Shown in pieces: positions 46,550 to 57,007 of a stretch of DNA of 64,000 nucleotides. The stretch lies in contig OZ242358.1 in the NCBI GenBank assembly GCA_965208835.1, positions 4,512,001 to 4,576,000 on the forward strand, given 5' to 3'. The notes under the pieces were generated by a model. It saw nothing but the letters and a program-made list of their open reading frames with translations. It did no database searches and was not told the DNA's origin. Origin of the DNA: Candidatus Latescibacterota bacterium (lineage in GTDB: Bacteria > Latescibacterota > UBA2968 > GCA-2709665). The position numbers were made by a program, and so were the translations under genes. The first letter of the stretch is position 1. The number at the start of each line of letters is the position of its first letter.

Positions 46550-47689
46550 GTGCCGATATTTGAACTTCCAGGGGGGCGTCTTTCGTTACGGACTTTTGGC
46601 CGGTTGGCCTGGCTCTGCGCAAGGATAGCCGCCGGCGTCGCCGTCGTCGTCGTACCGTTCGGTTACGCGATCACCGGCGTGCACAAGGACGTCCTCATGG
46701 GGGCGGGTTCCGGGCTCGCGTTCGGCATCGGCATCGGCCTGCGCATGGGCCATCGCGCCGGTCTGTCCACTGGCATCCTGATCGGTACGGTGGCTGGGCT
46801 CATCACGGCGCTTCTGGCAGGCATCATTCCCCAGGACGGCACACTCTTCATCGTTCCGCCGGTCGTCGCGCTCGCCGTGGGTCTGGTCGACGGCATCTCG
46901 CCCACGGTCCGGCACGGATACCGGCGCGCCGTCCTCGAGTCCCTGACGATGTCCGTCCTTCTCGGACTGGGTCTGCTGCCCGGACTCGGTCGGGCCGGAT
47001 TGATATCCTCTCTCATGGTCATGCCGCCCACAGCCCTGATCGTTGGCTCGTACGGGCAAATCGCCGCCAGGCGTCCTTTCCGTCCGCCGGTGTTGCTGAT
47101 ACTTGGTTCCGTGGCGATGTGGGCTCTGGTTGGCTTCCTTGTTGCGAGCGAATTGGCAAGGGGCTCGTCCGTAAGGATTCACGGCGTTCCGATAAGTCCC
47201 ACTCAGCTCGCTACAGTCTCTATCGTCGTTTTCATGATCATCGTACCGATCGCCGCGTTCCTGGCTGGACGGGCTGCCGCGATGTGGATTCAGCCCCGGC
47301 TCCGGGTTTACAGGCAACTCACCGAGTACCTGAGGGTGATGTGGGTGCCCATCGGGAGCTTTGCCATCGGGTACCTGACGCTCATCGTCCTGTTCGCCGG
47401 CTTCTACGGCATGCTGGGACGTTTCAGCCAGGACGCGTTCTCGGGGGACGGCGCCGCATCCGGTATCGTCGACTGGATTGCGTTCTCTTTCTTTACCTCT
47501 CTGGCAAGGGACTACTCGGAAATCGTTCCTCAGTCCCTTTCGGCGCGGGCGCTGGTCGCCGGCCACCTCGTCCTTTCCATCGGGTGGGGCCTGGTCGTGT
47601 TCGCCGCCGTGATGTCCTACCTTCAGCCGCAGATTGAGCGGATCGCAAAGCGGGAGAACGCGGACGGCGACGAACCCGCGTCGACCTGA
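46550..47689 (+). CDS. Polytopic membrane protein with C-terminal 2TM/pore (Ion_trans_2-like) module
   Basis: AGGAG RBS before GTG 46550; Gly-rich TM helices; FAGFY...WIAFSFFT...IVPQSLSARALV. Confidence 0.72.
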   Translation: MPIFELPGGRLSLRTFGRLAWLCARIAAGVAVVVVPFGYAITGVHKDVLMGAGSGLAFGIGIGLRMGHRAGLSTGILIGTVAGLITALLAGIIPQDGTLFIVPPVVALAVGLVDGISPTVRHGYRRAVLESLTMSVLLGLGLLPGLGRAGLISSLMVMPPTALIVGSYGQIAARRPFRPPVLLILGSVAMWALVGFLVASELARGSSVRIHGVPISPTQLATVSIVVFMIIVPIAAFLAGRAAAMWIQPRLRVYRQLTEYLRVMWVPIGSFAIGYLTLIVLFAGFYGMLGRFSQDAFSGDGAASGIVDWIAFSFFTSLARDYSEIVPQSLSARALVAGHLVLSIGWGLVVFAAVMSYLQPQIERIAKRENADGDEPAST

Positions 47690-47703
47690 CTGGCGCGTGA
47701 AGC

Positions 47704-50154
47704 ATGACACGGAGGAAAGCAATGTTGAAACTGAGGGTTTTGCAGATCGCGGCGAACCGCGTACGGTTGGGGGTGGATCTCGCGGGTCTCCCCGGAGCCC
47801 GGATATACCGTTCGCGACGGGCGTCCGGCCCCTATGAAGAAGTCGGGGTGGCGTTCGAGGAGACGTACGACGATACGATTAACCTGGAGCCGGGCAGGAC
47901 CTATTTCTATCAGGCGATGGAGTGGCGGGCGCCCAGCCTGTATCCGGATGCCGGCAGCATAAAAGGCGGGACCCCGATTCGCGTCGCGGTGCCCCGTGCG
48001 CAGAAGGAAAAGCGTTTCGAGCTGTCGGAAACCCGCGAGGAATTCACGATATCGATGGGCGGTTACCTGGATGAATCCAATTCGGTCACCGTGGGCCCGG
48101 AAGTCTACTGTCCCGGTCCGAATTCGAGCATGCCGCCGTACGACCAGATCTTCGAACCGAACCAATACGTCGTCATCGAGAACCGGGGAGAGACGGACGT
48201 GGTGAACCCGTGGGTGGTGGCCAACGGCCGGCGGGACTGGTGGTCCGTGGAGACAATGACGGAAGAAATCGCGGGCATCGCCGGAGGGGGCAGCGTGAGC
48301 GACCAGGACAAGATGATGGCGGTCTGGAAATTCGTGGTTGACGAACTCTACGACAGCCGGATCGGATTGTCCTGGTTCGACCAGACCAGCGACCCGGTCA
48401 GGCTCTTCAACGTCTACGGCTTCGAGGGCTGCGTGGCCAACGCCATCACCAGCCGGCGCCTGGCGGAGCAGATGGGCGTGAAGAGCCGGGAAATCTGGCT
48501 GGGCGGGACCATCGATGGTTACGGTCGCGGGCGCAGCTGCGGACACGATATCTTCGAGGCGTTCGCGGACGGCGCGTGGCATTTTCTGGATACGGACCTG
48601 ATGGTGTTCTTTCTGAATCGCGACAACACCACGGTTGCCGGCTCCGGGGACCTGGCGCGGGATATCGACCTGCTGCGCCGCTCCCACCGCAACCTGGGCC
48701 TGTGCGGGCGAGACCTGCCCGAGAAGGACTATTACTATACGCCCTTCCGGGAAGGCCAGTACGTCTATCCGCCCAACAAGGGCGGCGCCTGGATGGACGC
48801 CGCGGGAAAGATAAATCAGACGCCCGGGGAATTCCCGACTGCACGGACCATGGCATTGCGGCTGCGACCAGGCGAGAAACTCGTCCGCTACTGGGACAAC
48901 GTCGGAAAGAACGTGATCCGGGGGCGGCGCCTCTATCCGACCGTTCGCTATTCCAACGGGAAGCTGGCCTACCGGCCCGATCTGCGCAGCCCGCTCGCAT
49001 TGAACGGGACAGAATCGGCGCGTAACGTCGCACAGGAAACGTCCGGCAGACGCGTCGCGCTGCATCCGGAGAAGCAGGGCGAGGTATCGGAGGTGGTGTG
49101 GCGGGTGGCGTCGCCCTACGCGATTGCCGGGGCGCGGGTGGGTATCCGGTGTCGATGCGACACGCAGGAAGACGGCCTGGAAGTGCTGCTTTCCAAGGAC
49201 GGAGAGGAGTGGCGGTCCGTGTGGGTCGCCATCGGACGGCGGCTGGACGCCAGCGTGGACCTGGACTGGTACCTGAATCCCGCGCTGAACGACTGGCGCG
49301 GCGAAAAAGACCTCGGATGGCGGATGGGGCCGTGTTATCAATACTATATCAAGGTGGCCATGTGGGCGGGGTCCCGGCCTCACGGGGTGGGCCTGGACGC
49401 AATCCGTTTCGATACGGATATCCAGTGCGCCACGCGGTCCCTTCCTTCGCTGTTCTGTGGCGAAAATACGATCGCATACCGGGACGACACCCCGGGGCAC
49501 AGAAACGTGCGGGTGACGTACGGATGGCGGGAGGAGCGATCCATCCGCCCGCCGGGCGCGCCCGGGCTGGTATACCCTCAGGATGAGTCGGACGTCGACT
49601 GTCTGGATTTCGAATTCCGCTGGAAGCGCCCGCGAGGGGGTACCGGAAAGGTGGACGATTACCACGTCCAGGTCAGCCGGTACGCTGATTTCAGATGGTG
49701 CGTATGCCCCGCGTTCAACCGCTACGTGGGAAGGACCGCATACGCGGGCGGGACGAAATGGCAGGCGGAGTTTCCGAATCTCCTGAATCCCGATGAAGTC
49801 TATTACTGGCGCGTGCGGGCCCGGAACGAAAGGGGCGTGTGGGGAGACTGGAGCGAAGTGCGGTCCTTCGTGCCCCACGGTCCGAGTCTGCCGGCGGACC
49901 TCAGGGTGGAGGGCCGCGGCGGAAAGCGATCATTGGCGTGGTCCGCGAATCCAGGCGGGAACCCGGCGGTGCGCTATCGGGTTCACGGGTCCCCGGAGCC
50001 CGGCGGATTCTCCGCGACGGATGAGAATCTGCTCGGTGCCGTTGGCGAAGCCCGCTGGCCGTTGAACGATGTGGAGAAGGGGATGTCCTATCGGGTCGTG
50101 GCGGTGGATGCCAGCGGCGTCCCGAGTACGCCGTCGGAATACATAACGGTGTGA
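47704..50154 (+). CDS. Large hypothetical protein with transglutaminase-like core and Fn3-like domains
   Basis: GC, HDIFE and WHFLDTD (putative Cys-His-Asp); YYWRVRARN...WGDWS; YRVVAVD. Confidence 0.75.
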   Translation: MTRRKAMLKLRVLQIAANRVRLGVDLAGLPGARIYRSRRASGPYEEVGVAFEETYDDTINLEPGRTYFYQAMEWRAPSLYPDAGSIKGGTPIRVAVPRAQKEKRFELSETREEFTISMGGYLDESNSVTVGPEVYCPGPNSSMPPYDQIFEPNQYVVIENRGETDVVNPWVVANGRRDWWSVETMTEEIAGIAGGGSVSDQDKMMAVWKFVVDELYDSRIGLSWFDQTSDPVRLFNVYGFEGCVANAITSRRLAEQMGVKSREIWLGGTIDGYGRGRSCGHDIFEAFADGAWHFLDTDLMVFFLNRDNTTVAGSGDLARDIDLLRRSHRNLGLCGRDLPEKDYYYTPFREGQYVYPPNKGGAWMDAAGKINQTPGEFPTARTMALRLRPGEKLVRYWDNVGKNVIRGRRLYPTVRYSNGKLAYRPDLRSPLALNGTESARNVAQETSGRRVALHPEKQGEVSEVVWRVASPYAIAGARVGIRCRCDTQEDGLEVLLSKDGEEWRSVWVAIGRRLDASVDLDWYLNPALNDWRGEKDLGWRMGPCYQYYIKVAMWAGSRPHGVGLDAIRFDTDIQCATRSLPSLFCGENTIAYRDDTPGHRNVRVTYGWREERSIRPPGAPGLVYPQDESDVDCLDFEFRWKRPRGGTGKVDDYHVQVSRYADFRWCVCPAFNRYVGRTAYAGGTKWQAEFPNLLNPDEVYYWRVRARNERGVWGDWSEVRSFVPHGPSLPADLRVEGRGGKRSLAWSANPGGNPAVRYRVHGSPEPGGFSATDENLLGAVGEARWPLNDVEKGMSYRVVAVDASGVPSTPSEYITV

Positions 50155-50210
50155 GCCCAATCCAACTTTCTCGCTGAAGTCCGTCTCAACTGACTCAATG
50201 GGGGATACGT

Positions 50211-51260
50211 ATGTCCGAACGTGAATACAGCGCGGTTATCGTGGGTCTGACGGGTATCGGGGCCAGGCGTCCTGCTGAAGCCGAGGGTCTGCCTTTATAC
50301 GGCGCCATGCCCATGTCGCACGCCTCGGCCTATTACCGTACTCCGCAGACTCGGCTGACCGCTGTCTGCGACCTCCGCGAGGAGGCGCTGGACGGTTTCC
50401 GGGAGAGTTGGAAAGACGTGTGGCCCGAAATGCGCTACTATCTGGATTATCGGGAGATGCTGGAAGCCGAAAACCCCGATCTGGTGAGCGTTGCGACGTC
50501 CGACCACCGCCACGCCGATATCGTGGTGGACGCGGCCGAGCGCGGTACGGCCGCGATTCTCTGCGAAAAACCGCTTGCAACCACGCTCGAAGACGCCGAC
50601 AGGATGATTGCGGCAACCGAAGCGAACGGGACCGTTCTTTCCGTGGACCACTCCCGGCGGTGGTACCCGCAATACCTCAAGGCGCGCGAGATCCTCCGCA
50701 GCGGCGAGATCGGACCGCTCCGCACCGTCGGGTGCGAGATGTTCGGTCCGCGCTCGATGCTGTTCCGCAACGGGACGCACGCCCTGGATACGGTCTGCTT
50801 TCTCGCCGACGGAGACCCGCTCTGGCTGGTGGCGGATCTGGAGGACGGGTTCGAACATTTCACGGAATATCGGGGCGGCGGAGGGAAGGACTCCGCGAGC
50901 GATCCCTACGCCTCGGCTTACATCCGGTTCGGAAACGGCGTAAGGGCTTTTTACAACTCCTTCAAGACCGCGTTTTCCGGCTGGCGGTTCGTCATGACGT
51001 GCGAGGACGGGCGGGTGGAAGCCACCGATACGTCCGCGAGACTGATCCGCGGCGGCACCTTCGAGACTTCCGAGATCGTCACGGAGCACTACATGATGCA
51101 CTCCAAGGGCGCCCTGGTGGCGGAACTGGTGCATCTGCTGGAACACGGCGGAGACCCGGTGTCTCCCGCGAGGGAGGCGAGAAAGTCGCTGGAGGTCATC
51201 CTGGGCATCCTGAAATCGCACCACGCCGGCAACACGCGCGTCGACTTTCCCCTGTCCTGA
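50211..51260 (+). CDS. Gfo/Idh/MocA oxidoreductase
   Basis: AVCD, PDLVSVAT, CEKPLA, DHSRRW, NGTHALD. Confidence 0.92.
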   Translation: MSEREYSAVIVGLTGIGARRPAEAEGLPLYGAMPMSHASAYYRTPQTRLTAVCDLREEALDGFRESWKDVWPEMRYYLDYREMLEAENPDLVSVATSDHRHADIVVDAAERGTAAILCEKPLATTLEDADRMIAATEANGTVLSVDHSRRWYPQYLKAREILRSGEIGPLRTVGCEMFGPRSMLFRNGTHALDTVCFLADGDPLWLVADLEDGFEHFTEYRGGGGKDSASDPYASAYIRFGNGVRAFYNSFKTAFSGWRFVMTCEDGRVEATDTSARLIRGGTFETSEIVTEHYMMHSKGALVAELVHLLEHGGDPVSPAREARKSLEVILGILKSHHAGNTRVDFPLS

Positions 51261-51274
51261 GGAGTACATCTGTA

Positions 51275-52573
51275 ATGAAAACCGTCGATCCCGCCGCTGT
51301 CTGGGACGTGCGCCCATGGGGGTGTCCGGCACTCACCGTCCGTGACTTCAACGGCGATGGAAGGAACGAAGTCCTGTTTATTCAGAATGCGGGCGCGCAC
51401 GCCAACGAGGCATTCGATCCGCGATTTCCGGACGTGCAGGGGTACAAGACCGGTGTGGAAGAACAGGAGCTTTTCTGCCTGACGCTTACGGACGGGGAGG
51501 GACGGGTTCTCTGGCAGGTGGGAGAGCCGTGGGCGCTCGAACGGCCGTTTTCATGGAACGGCAGCAACTTCTGCCAGGTGGTGGACCTGGACGGGGACGG
51601 TCAGGTCGAGATCATGCTCATCCACAAATCTGAACTGATGGTGTACAAAGGGGCCACGGGCGAGTTGTGCAGCCGGCACAGTCTGCCCCATTCCGGGTTC
51701 TATTTCGCCCGCGCGGTCCGGACCGATCGCTCAGGCCGGTTCCACATCTTCACGAAGAGCGTGACCACCTCGGCCACCCATGGCTACGGGAATCCCTCCC
51801 TCCTGCTGGACCACAATTTCAACGTCGTCTGGGAAATCGAGGTCGACGGCGCCGGGCATGGCGGCAACTACGCTGACGTGGACGGCGACGGGCTGGACGA
51901 ACTCCTGGTCGGCTTCAGCCTGTTCGATCATGACGGCAGTCCCCTGTGGTCCCATCCCCCCATGTCCGAAAACGATCACCTTGACGATTCCGTGATTGCC
52001 GATATCGACGACGACGGACGGTTCGAATTCGCCCTCGCCCACGACGGGCACGACGCGGTCGTACACAATTCGGATGGAACCGTGCGGTTCACCGTTCCGA
52101 TGCACCATTGCCAGAACATCCTGCCGGGAAGATTCTTCAAGGACGAACCGGGGCTTCAACTGGCCTTTGTGGACAAGGCAATGGGCCGCCCCGAGGAAAG
52201 GGAGGCCGCGATCGTCAACGCAGGCGGCCGCGAACTGTCGCGTCACCGGACGATGGGCTATTACTCGGTCATTTCGTGGGCGACCGATCTGGGCGGGGAC
52301 AGCCTGATGCGCCTGGAGTGGCCGGCCCAATCCGACGCCGAACATCGCGTGGTGTGGGTGGACCCCACGGGCAGGGAACTCGCAAAGCTGAAAGCCAGGG
52401 AGAACTTCCACGACCGGTTTCAGAAATTCGGTCTCGAGTCATTTCCGGCCGGGGGCCGTTATTTCGGGACGTGCCACAATTCGACCATCGGAGACGTCGA
52501 CGGAGACGGACAAGACGAGTACCTGGTAACCGATCGCGAAAAGGTGTGGGTTTTCAAGCAGCCGCGATTATAG
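51275..52573 (+). CDS. FG-GAP/VCBS-like repeat protein (PL11-like propeller)
   Basis: GAGGAG RBS; five DxDGDGxxE-type loops. Confidence 0.78.
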   Translation: MKTVDPAAVWDVRPWGCPALTVRDFNGDGRNEVLFIQNAGAHANEAFDPRFPDVQGYKTGVEEQELFCLTLTDGEGRVLWQVGEPWALERPFSWNGSNFCQVVDLDGDGQVEIMLIHKSELMVYKGATGELCSRHSLPHSGFYFARAVRTDRSGRFHIFTKSVTTSATHGYGNPSLLLDHNFNVVWEIEVDGAGHGGNYADVDGDGLDELLVGFSLFDHDGSPLWSHPPMSENDHLDDSVIADIDDDGRFEFALAHDGHDAVVHNSDGTVRFTVPMHHCQNILPGRFFKDEPGLQLAFVDKAMGRPEEREAAIVNAGGRELSRHRTMGYYSVISWATDLGGDSLMRLEWPAQSDAEHRVVWVDPTGRELAKLKARENFHDRFQKFGLESFPAGGRYFGTCHNSTIGDVDGDGQDEYLVTDREKVWVFKQPRL

Positions 52574-52599
52574 TGATTGGATCCTGGCCGGCGCATCGC

Positions 52600-53217
52600 C
52601 TAATCGAAATACTCGTCTTCGCTGAACTTCGTCCAGGACTTGAAAACCGGAAACGGCAAGGGCAGATTACCGTTCGGGTCGTTTACCTTGAACGATATCT
52701 TCCCGCCGTCGAAGAGGTCCCGGATCGAAATGGAAACGCCCGATGTCTGAATACAGTTCTCGCACTTATCCGGGAATGACTGCGCCGAATTCGGCGCGAC
52801 GAAGGAAATCCTGTACTCCGATCCGTTTCCTGACCCTTCAATTCGATAGTCTTTCGCCCGGACCTCCCATTCGTTTATGGCGTGTGCGTCCCTGGCATAC
52901 TGGGCCCAGAGGTTGAACCCGCCGGTAAAATCGAGGATGACGCCCTTTCTCGGACTCGCGTCCCTGGAAGGCTGGAACTGACGAAACGACCGCCCGTCCA
53001 TCGTCGTCCTGATTCGTTCTTCTTCATCTGCGCTCACCGGTTCGAACGGGCCGTTCTGCCCGCATGACGTCGCGAACAACAAGGTAGACAGTGAAGCCAA
53101 CAGCGCAATCCACAGCCGATTCCAACCGTCGGTACGTTCCCCGGTGGACTTCGCACCGCAGTTCACGGCAACGCCCGCTTCCGGCGTTACACGGATTCTA
53201 TCGGGTTCGTCAGACAT
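52600..53217 (-). CDS. Hypothetical lipoprotein
   Basis: GGAGGA RBS; hydrophobic stretch ending FATS-C. Confidence 0.65.
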   Translation of the reverse strand: MSDEPDRIRVTPEAGVAVNCGAKSTGERTDGWNRLWIALLASLSTLLFATSCGQNGPFEPVSADEEERIRTTMDGRSFRQFQPSRDASPRKGVILDFTGGFNLWAQYARDAHAINEWEVRAKDYRIEGSGNGSEYRISFVAPNSAQSFPDKCENCIQTSGVSISIRDLFDGGKISFKVNDPNGNLPLPFPVFKSWTKFSEDEYFD

Positions 53218-53361
53218 GATTTCCTCCCTGCTGGACGGGACATCTGTCATGCCGGTCCGGACGCCACTGACACGACGCATCACGACCCCTGCGAGGGAAA
53301 TATACCCAAACGTCCGCGTAGGTTCAACCCGGCGGTCCGGACGAACGGATGGGAATGCCCC

Positions 53362-54771
53362 ATGACGCCTGAAGCCATTCTGAACAAGGTCTGCGATTCG
53401 ATCGACGTGCTGGTCGAGGCGGGAAAACCCTACGGCGGTCTGTTTCCGTCATTGCTGGATCTGGAAACGCACCGGATGTTGACGAAACTGCCCCCGCCGA
53501 TCCACGGACAGCGTATGGGCGACCGCGCTTTTCTGGGCAGCAATCTTATGCACGACCAGCACCTGCTCAAGATCATGTACGCCCTGGACCGTGACGGGTA
53601 CCGGGAAGCGGCCGACCGGTACCTGCGCCGGTTCGCGACCCATTGCACCGATACGGTTACCGGCCTGTTCCCGTGGGGCGAGCACGCGTACTGGCATCTT
53701 GAGGAGGACCGTGTGGGCGACAGCCACCGGCTGGCCCTTCCGGATAAGGAGCCCGGCACCACGCTGCACGACCATCTGCGGCAGGCGCCCGTCTGGCTGT
53801 GGGAAAAGCTGCATGCCTTCAACCCCGCGTGCGTCGAGCGGTTTGCCGAAGGGCTGGACTACCACTACAAGGACGGGGCGCCTCGGGAATATATCCGCCA
53901 CGCCCACATCGAGCGGAGAGAGCGCCTCGAACGCGGACCGGCCTCCTCGGATTTCCCGCGGCACGGCGGGTTCTACATTCTGGACTGGTCGTTTGCCCAT
54001 CGGAAGTCGTCGCGCGCGGATTTTCTGAGGCAGATCGAGACGATGCTGGACTACTGGTGGGCTCACCGTGACCCGGCCGGCCTGCTGCTGTCCACGACTC
54101 GGGGTCCCGAAGCGCCGGCGCCCATGCACAACGCGAACACCCCGGCCCAGACGGTTTCCCTTGCGGCCAGCCTGCTGGAAGCCGCTGAACTGCTCGATGG
54201 AAGCGCGAAGGAGCTGATCGACCGGATGCGGAAGCGCGCCGGCGTGTATATCGACGGTTTTCTGACGGCCCCCCACGATCCTGACGCCGGCGTCTTCGTG
54301 TCCGCCTGCCGGCGTGGGACGAATGAAATCTTGAACACGAACCCCGTCTGGGGAAGCATCTATGGAAACTGGCCGCTGGCTTACGTGGCTCTGATCGCCC
54401 TGTGCATCTACAGGATCACGGAGGATGAACGGCTATTGGACTGGGCGGACGGTGCGGGCCGCTGGCATTCCACGACCCCCTTCCCCGAGGGTGTCCCGGT
54501 CCCCGCGATGGACGCCGGTCTCGCGGTCGAGTTGCTGGCGGACCTCTACGACCTGACCGGTGACACCGACTGGCTGGAACGGGGACTGGAGCTGGCCCGG
54601 ACGCTGATTCCGAATTATATGGATAGGGATCTTGTACGGGGCGCGGCGGGTATCGAGTGGTACGAGTCCCAGATGGTACCGGGAGACCTGCTGCACGGCA
54701 TGGCGAGGCTGGCGTTGCTCGCCATAAACCGAGATGCGTGCCCCCTGACAACGAACTATACCGCGAAGTGA
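53362..54771 (+). CDS. Hypothetical protein, PL2 pectate-lyase-like alpha/alpha barrel
   Basis: SNLMHDQHLLK, YREAADRYL, TGLFPWGEH resemble the PL2 SNL..QQN...GL..WGGH pattern. Confidence 0.65.
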   Translation: MTPEAILNKVCDSIDVLVEAGKPYGGLFPSLLDLETHRMLTKLPPPIHGQRMGDRAFLGSNLMHDQHLLKIMYALDRDGYREAADRYLRRFATHCTDTVTGLFPWGEHAYWHLEEDRVGDSHRLALPDKEPGTTLHDHLRQAPVWLWEKLHAFNPACVERFAEGLDYHYKDGAPREYIRHAHIERRERLERGPASSDFPRHGGFYILDWSFAHRKSSRADFLRQIETMLDYWWAHRDPAGLLLSTTRGPEAPAPMHNANTPAQTVSLAASLLEAAELLDGSAKELIDRMRKRAGVYIDGFLTAPHDPDAGVFVSACRRGTNEILNTNPVWGSIYGNWPLAYVALIALCIYRITEDERLLDWADGAGRWHSTTPFPEGVPVPAMDAGLAVELLADLYDLTGDTDWLERGLELARTLIPNYMDRDLVRGAAGIEWYESQMVPGDLLHGMARLALLAINRDACPLTTNYTAK

Positions 54772-54779
54772 GGCGGAAC

Positions 54780-55829
54780 GTGCGTGCAAAGACGTTCAGG
54801 CTGTGGGCGGGAGGAGACGCGCACGTGGGCACGGACCTGGCGGCGGGCAATCGCCGGAGCCTGGCCGAGGCGATCGTGCAGGCGGAAAAGGGCGGCGCGG
54901 AGGGCGGACCTCCGTTCGAGTGGGACATCATGCTGGACATTGGAGACCTGTCGGGGTCCCAGGCGCCGCCTGGAGACGAAGAAGGGGAAGAGGTCGTACG
55001 GCAGTACAGCGCGTCGACGCTTCATCCGCGGGAAGACTTCTACAATATCGTGGGCAACCACGACGCCAGCGGACCGGACGAGCCGTGCCAGTGGTGGTTC
55101 CGGAAATGGGTGGATCCCACCGGTGAAAATACCGAGTATTCCAACGTCCACGCGGGCCGGCGGCCGTACCAGGTCGAAGGGACCTGGGAGCGGTACTCGT
55201 TTCAGGTTGGGAATATCCTGTTTCTGGCGATGGGAGACCGGAACGACGGCGGGCCGCCGGTGGGGCGGGCCGCCAGAGGCGGGTTCCCGGCCGGCGCGGT
55301 GACGCGGGAGACGTTTGAATGGTGGAAGAAGAAAGTAGAGGCTAACCGGGACAGGATCATTGTGACGGCGCACCACCACATGTTGAAGGACACAACGGTG
55401 GCATCCGGCCCCTGGGAGGGCGTGGACGGCGGATATCACGGCCGGTTCGAAAACGGAGCGCCCATCGGCGCGTCCTACCTCTATTTCGTTGGGGGAACAC
55501 CGGATGCCGGCGCATTCGAGTCCTACCTCGAAGCGCATCCGGGGGCGATTGACCTCTGGCTGGGGGGGCATACCCATACGAATCCGGACGACACCCTCGG
55601 CGGGAGGACCCACGTGGAGCTGAAGTGGGGGGTGACTTTCGTCAACGTGGCGGCGATTTCCCGATATCACGGAAAGAAGAACATCTCGATGAGCAGGCTG
55701 CTGACATTCCGGGAAGGCGCGTCGGAGGTCAATATCAAATGCTATCTCCATATGAGCGATTACGCTGCCCAGGGATGGTACGACAGTGCGGAGAGATCGG
55801 CACCGCTTCGGAAGGCATTCTCATATTGA
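54780..55829 (+). CDS. Calcineurin-like metallophosphoesterase
   Basis: DAH, GD, GNHD, HHH, GHTH in canonical order. Confidence 0.88.
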   Translation: MRAKTFRLWAGGDAHVGTDLAAGNRRSLAEAIVQAEKGGAEGGPPFEWDIMLDIGDLSGSQAPPGDEEGEEVVRQYSASTLHPREDFYNIVGNHDASGPDEPCQWWFRKWVDPTGENTEYSNVHAGRRPYQVEGTWERYSFQVGNILFLAMGDRNDGGPPVGRAARGGFPAGAVTRETFEWWKKKVEANRDRIIVTAHHHMLKDTTVASGPWEGVDGGYHGRFENGAPIGASYLYFVGGTPDAGAFESYLEAHPGAIDLWLGGHTHTNPDDTLGGRTHVELKWGVTFVNVAAISRYHGKKNISMSRLLTFREGASEVNIKCYLHMSDYAAQGWYDSAERSAPLRKAFSY

Positions 55830-55859
55830 CCGGCGTGCCGGTCACGACGGACGGAACCG

Positions 55860-56022
55860 GTGTTCTGTCCCGGAAATAAGTTGCCTGAATTCGGCCGCCG
55901 AGTCGCCCGACTCGCAAGGCGCCAGAGCGCAGGCGACCTGCGCAAGGTCGGCGAGCGAGGGGAACGAAGCGAGACGGGATGAATCGACGGCCGAATGGTG
56001 AGGTATTTATGGGACAGGACAC
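55860..56022. mobile_element. MITE family B, stand-alone copy (163 bp)
   Basis: TIRs GTGTTCTGTCCCGGAAATA / TATTTATGGGACAGGACAC; reverse-complement homolog at 61852-62013. Confidence 0.85.
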
Positions 56023-56026
56023 TGAG

Positions 56027-56992
56027 ATGACGACATTCCAGATCGACGGCCGTGACAAGCGGCGACCCATCCGGCTGAGGATTGAGGTCGACAACCAGTT
56101 CGAAGGCGGTGGCCGGTGGCTTCGGGGCGGCCTGCACTCCCACGTGGCGCAAATGGGCGAGTCCCGCGAAGTCTGCGAACACTACATGAACCTGGGATTC
56201 GACTTCCTTGCGACAACGGACTACCTCAGCATCACGCCGATGCCGGAAGCGACGGAAGCCTTCGTAACCGTTCCCGGCGCCGAGATGTTCTGCCCCGGCG
56301 GCGACGACCTGACCCATATTATCTGCCTGGGCATGCGGCATCTTCCTCAGCCGCTGGACGGCACGGTGGAGGACGTCTCCCGCCTGGTCCGGGACACCGA
56401 GGCGCAGGGCGGACTGGCCGTGCTGGCGCACCCCGCCTGGAGCGACTACTCCTGGGAGAAAGCGTATGCCCTGGCAAAGTCCGGGCTGGTCGGCCTGGAG
56501 GTAAGCAACCGGCTGACCTGGCAGATCAACGGCAAGGAGCGATCGGAGGAACTCTGGCAGATGCTGTTCAACGCGGGCGTCCGGCTGGCCGCGATCGGCG
56601 TGGACGATGCGATCGTGCTGGACGACGCGGACGTGACCGGGCGGACGTGGACTGGCGTACTCGTCCGGCGACCGGGCGTGGAGGGCATTCTGGAAGGTAT
56701 ACGCGCGCAGCGGACGTACGCCAGCGAGGGACCGGAGATTCGCGACTTTCGCATCGAAGCTCGGGGCGCGGTTGTCGTGGAATGCAGCCCGTGTACGGCG
56801 TGTCACATCCGGTCGAAGGGGTTCGGGGTCCGCAGTCTGCAGTCGGCGTCGCCTTCGAATCGGTTCGAGGTCGACCTGACCGTTGAAGGCTACCGCATGC
56901 GGGACTGGGTATTCGCGTGCGTGGAGGACGAATTCGGGCGACGTGCCTGGACCAGCGCCATACCCGTCCGCGTTGAGAAGACATCACTCTAG
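56027..56992 (+). CDS. PHP-domain (CehA/McbA-like) metallohydrolase
   Basis: GLHSH, FLATTD, PGAE, LAHP, GLEVSN, YASEGP; alternative ATG 56009 lies inside the MITE. Confidence 0.82.
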   Translation: MTTFQIDGRDKRRPIRLRIEVDNQFEGGGRWLRGGLHSHVAQMGESREVCEHYMNLGFDFLATTDYLSITPMPEATEAFVTVPGAEMFCPGGDDLTHIICLGMRHLPQPLDGTVEDVSRLVRDTEAQGGLAVLAHPAWSDYSWEKAYALAKSGLVGLEVSNRLTWQINGKERSEELWQMLFNAGVRLAAIGVDDAIVLDDADVTGRTWTGVLVRRPGVEGILEGIRAQRTYASEGPEIRDFRIEARGAVVVECSPCTACHIRSKGFGVRSLQSASPSNRFEVDLTVEGYRMRDWVFACVEDEFGRRAWTSAIPVRVEKTSL

Positions 56993-57007
56993 CCCTGGGA
57001 GGACAGG

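Noticed and set aside
47623-49878. 751-aa minus-strand ORF and other long antisense ORFs (e.g. 27482-28933, 15608-16789)
   Set aside because: Typical stop-poor shadows in GC-rich DNA, opposite motif-bearing genes
50408-51274. 721-aa ORF implying a long gene overlap
   Set aside because: The first 289 codons are an off-frame read of the oxidoreductase; the real start is ATG 51275 with a GAGGAG RBS
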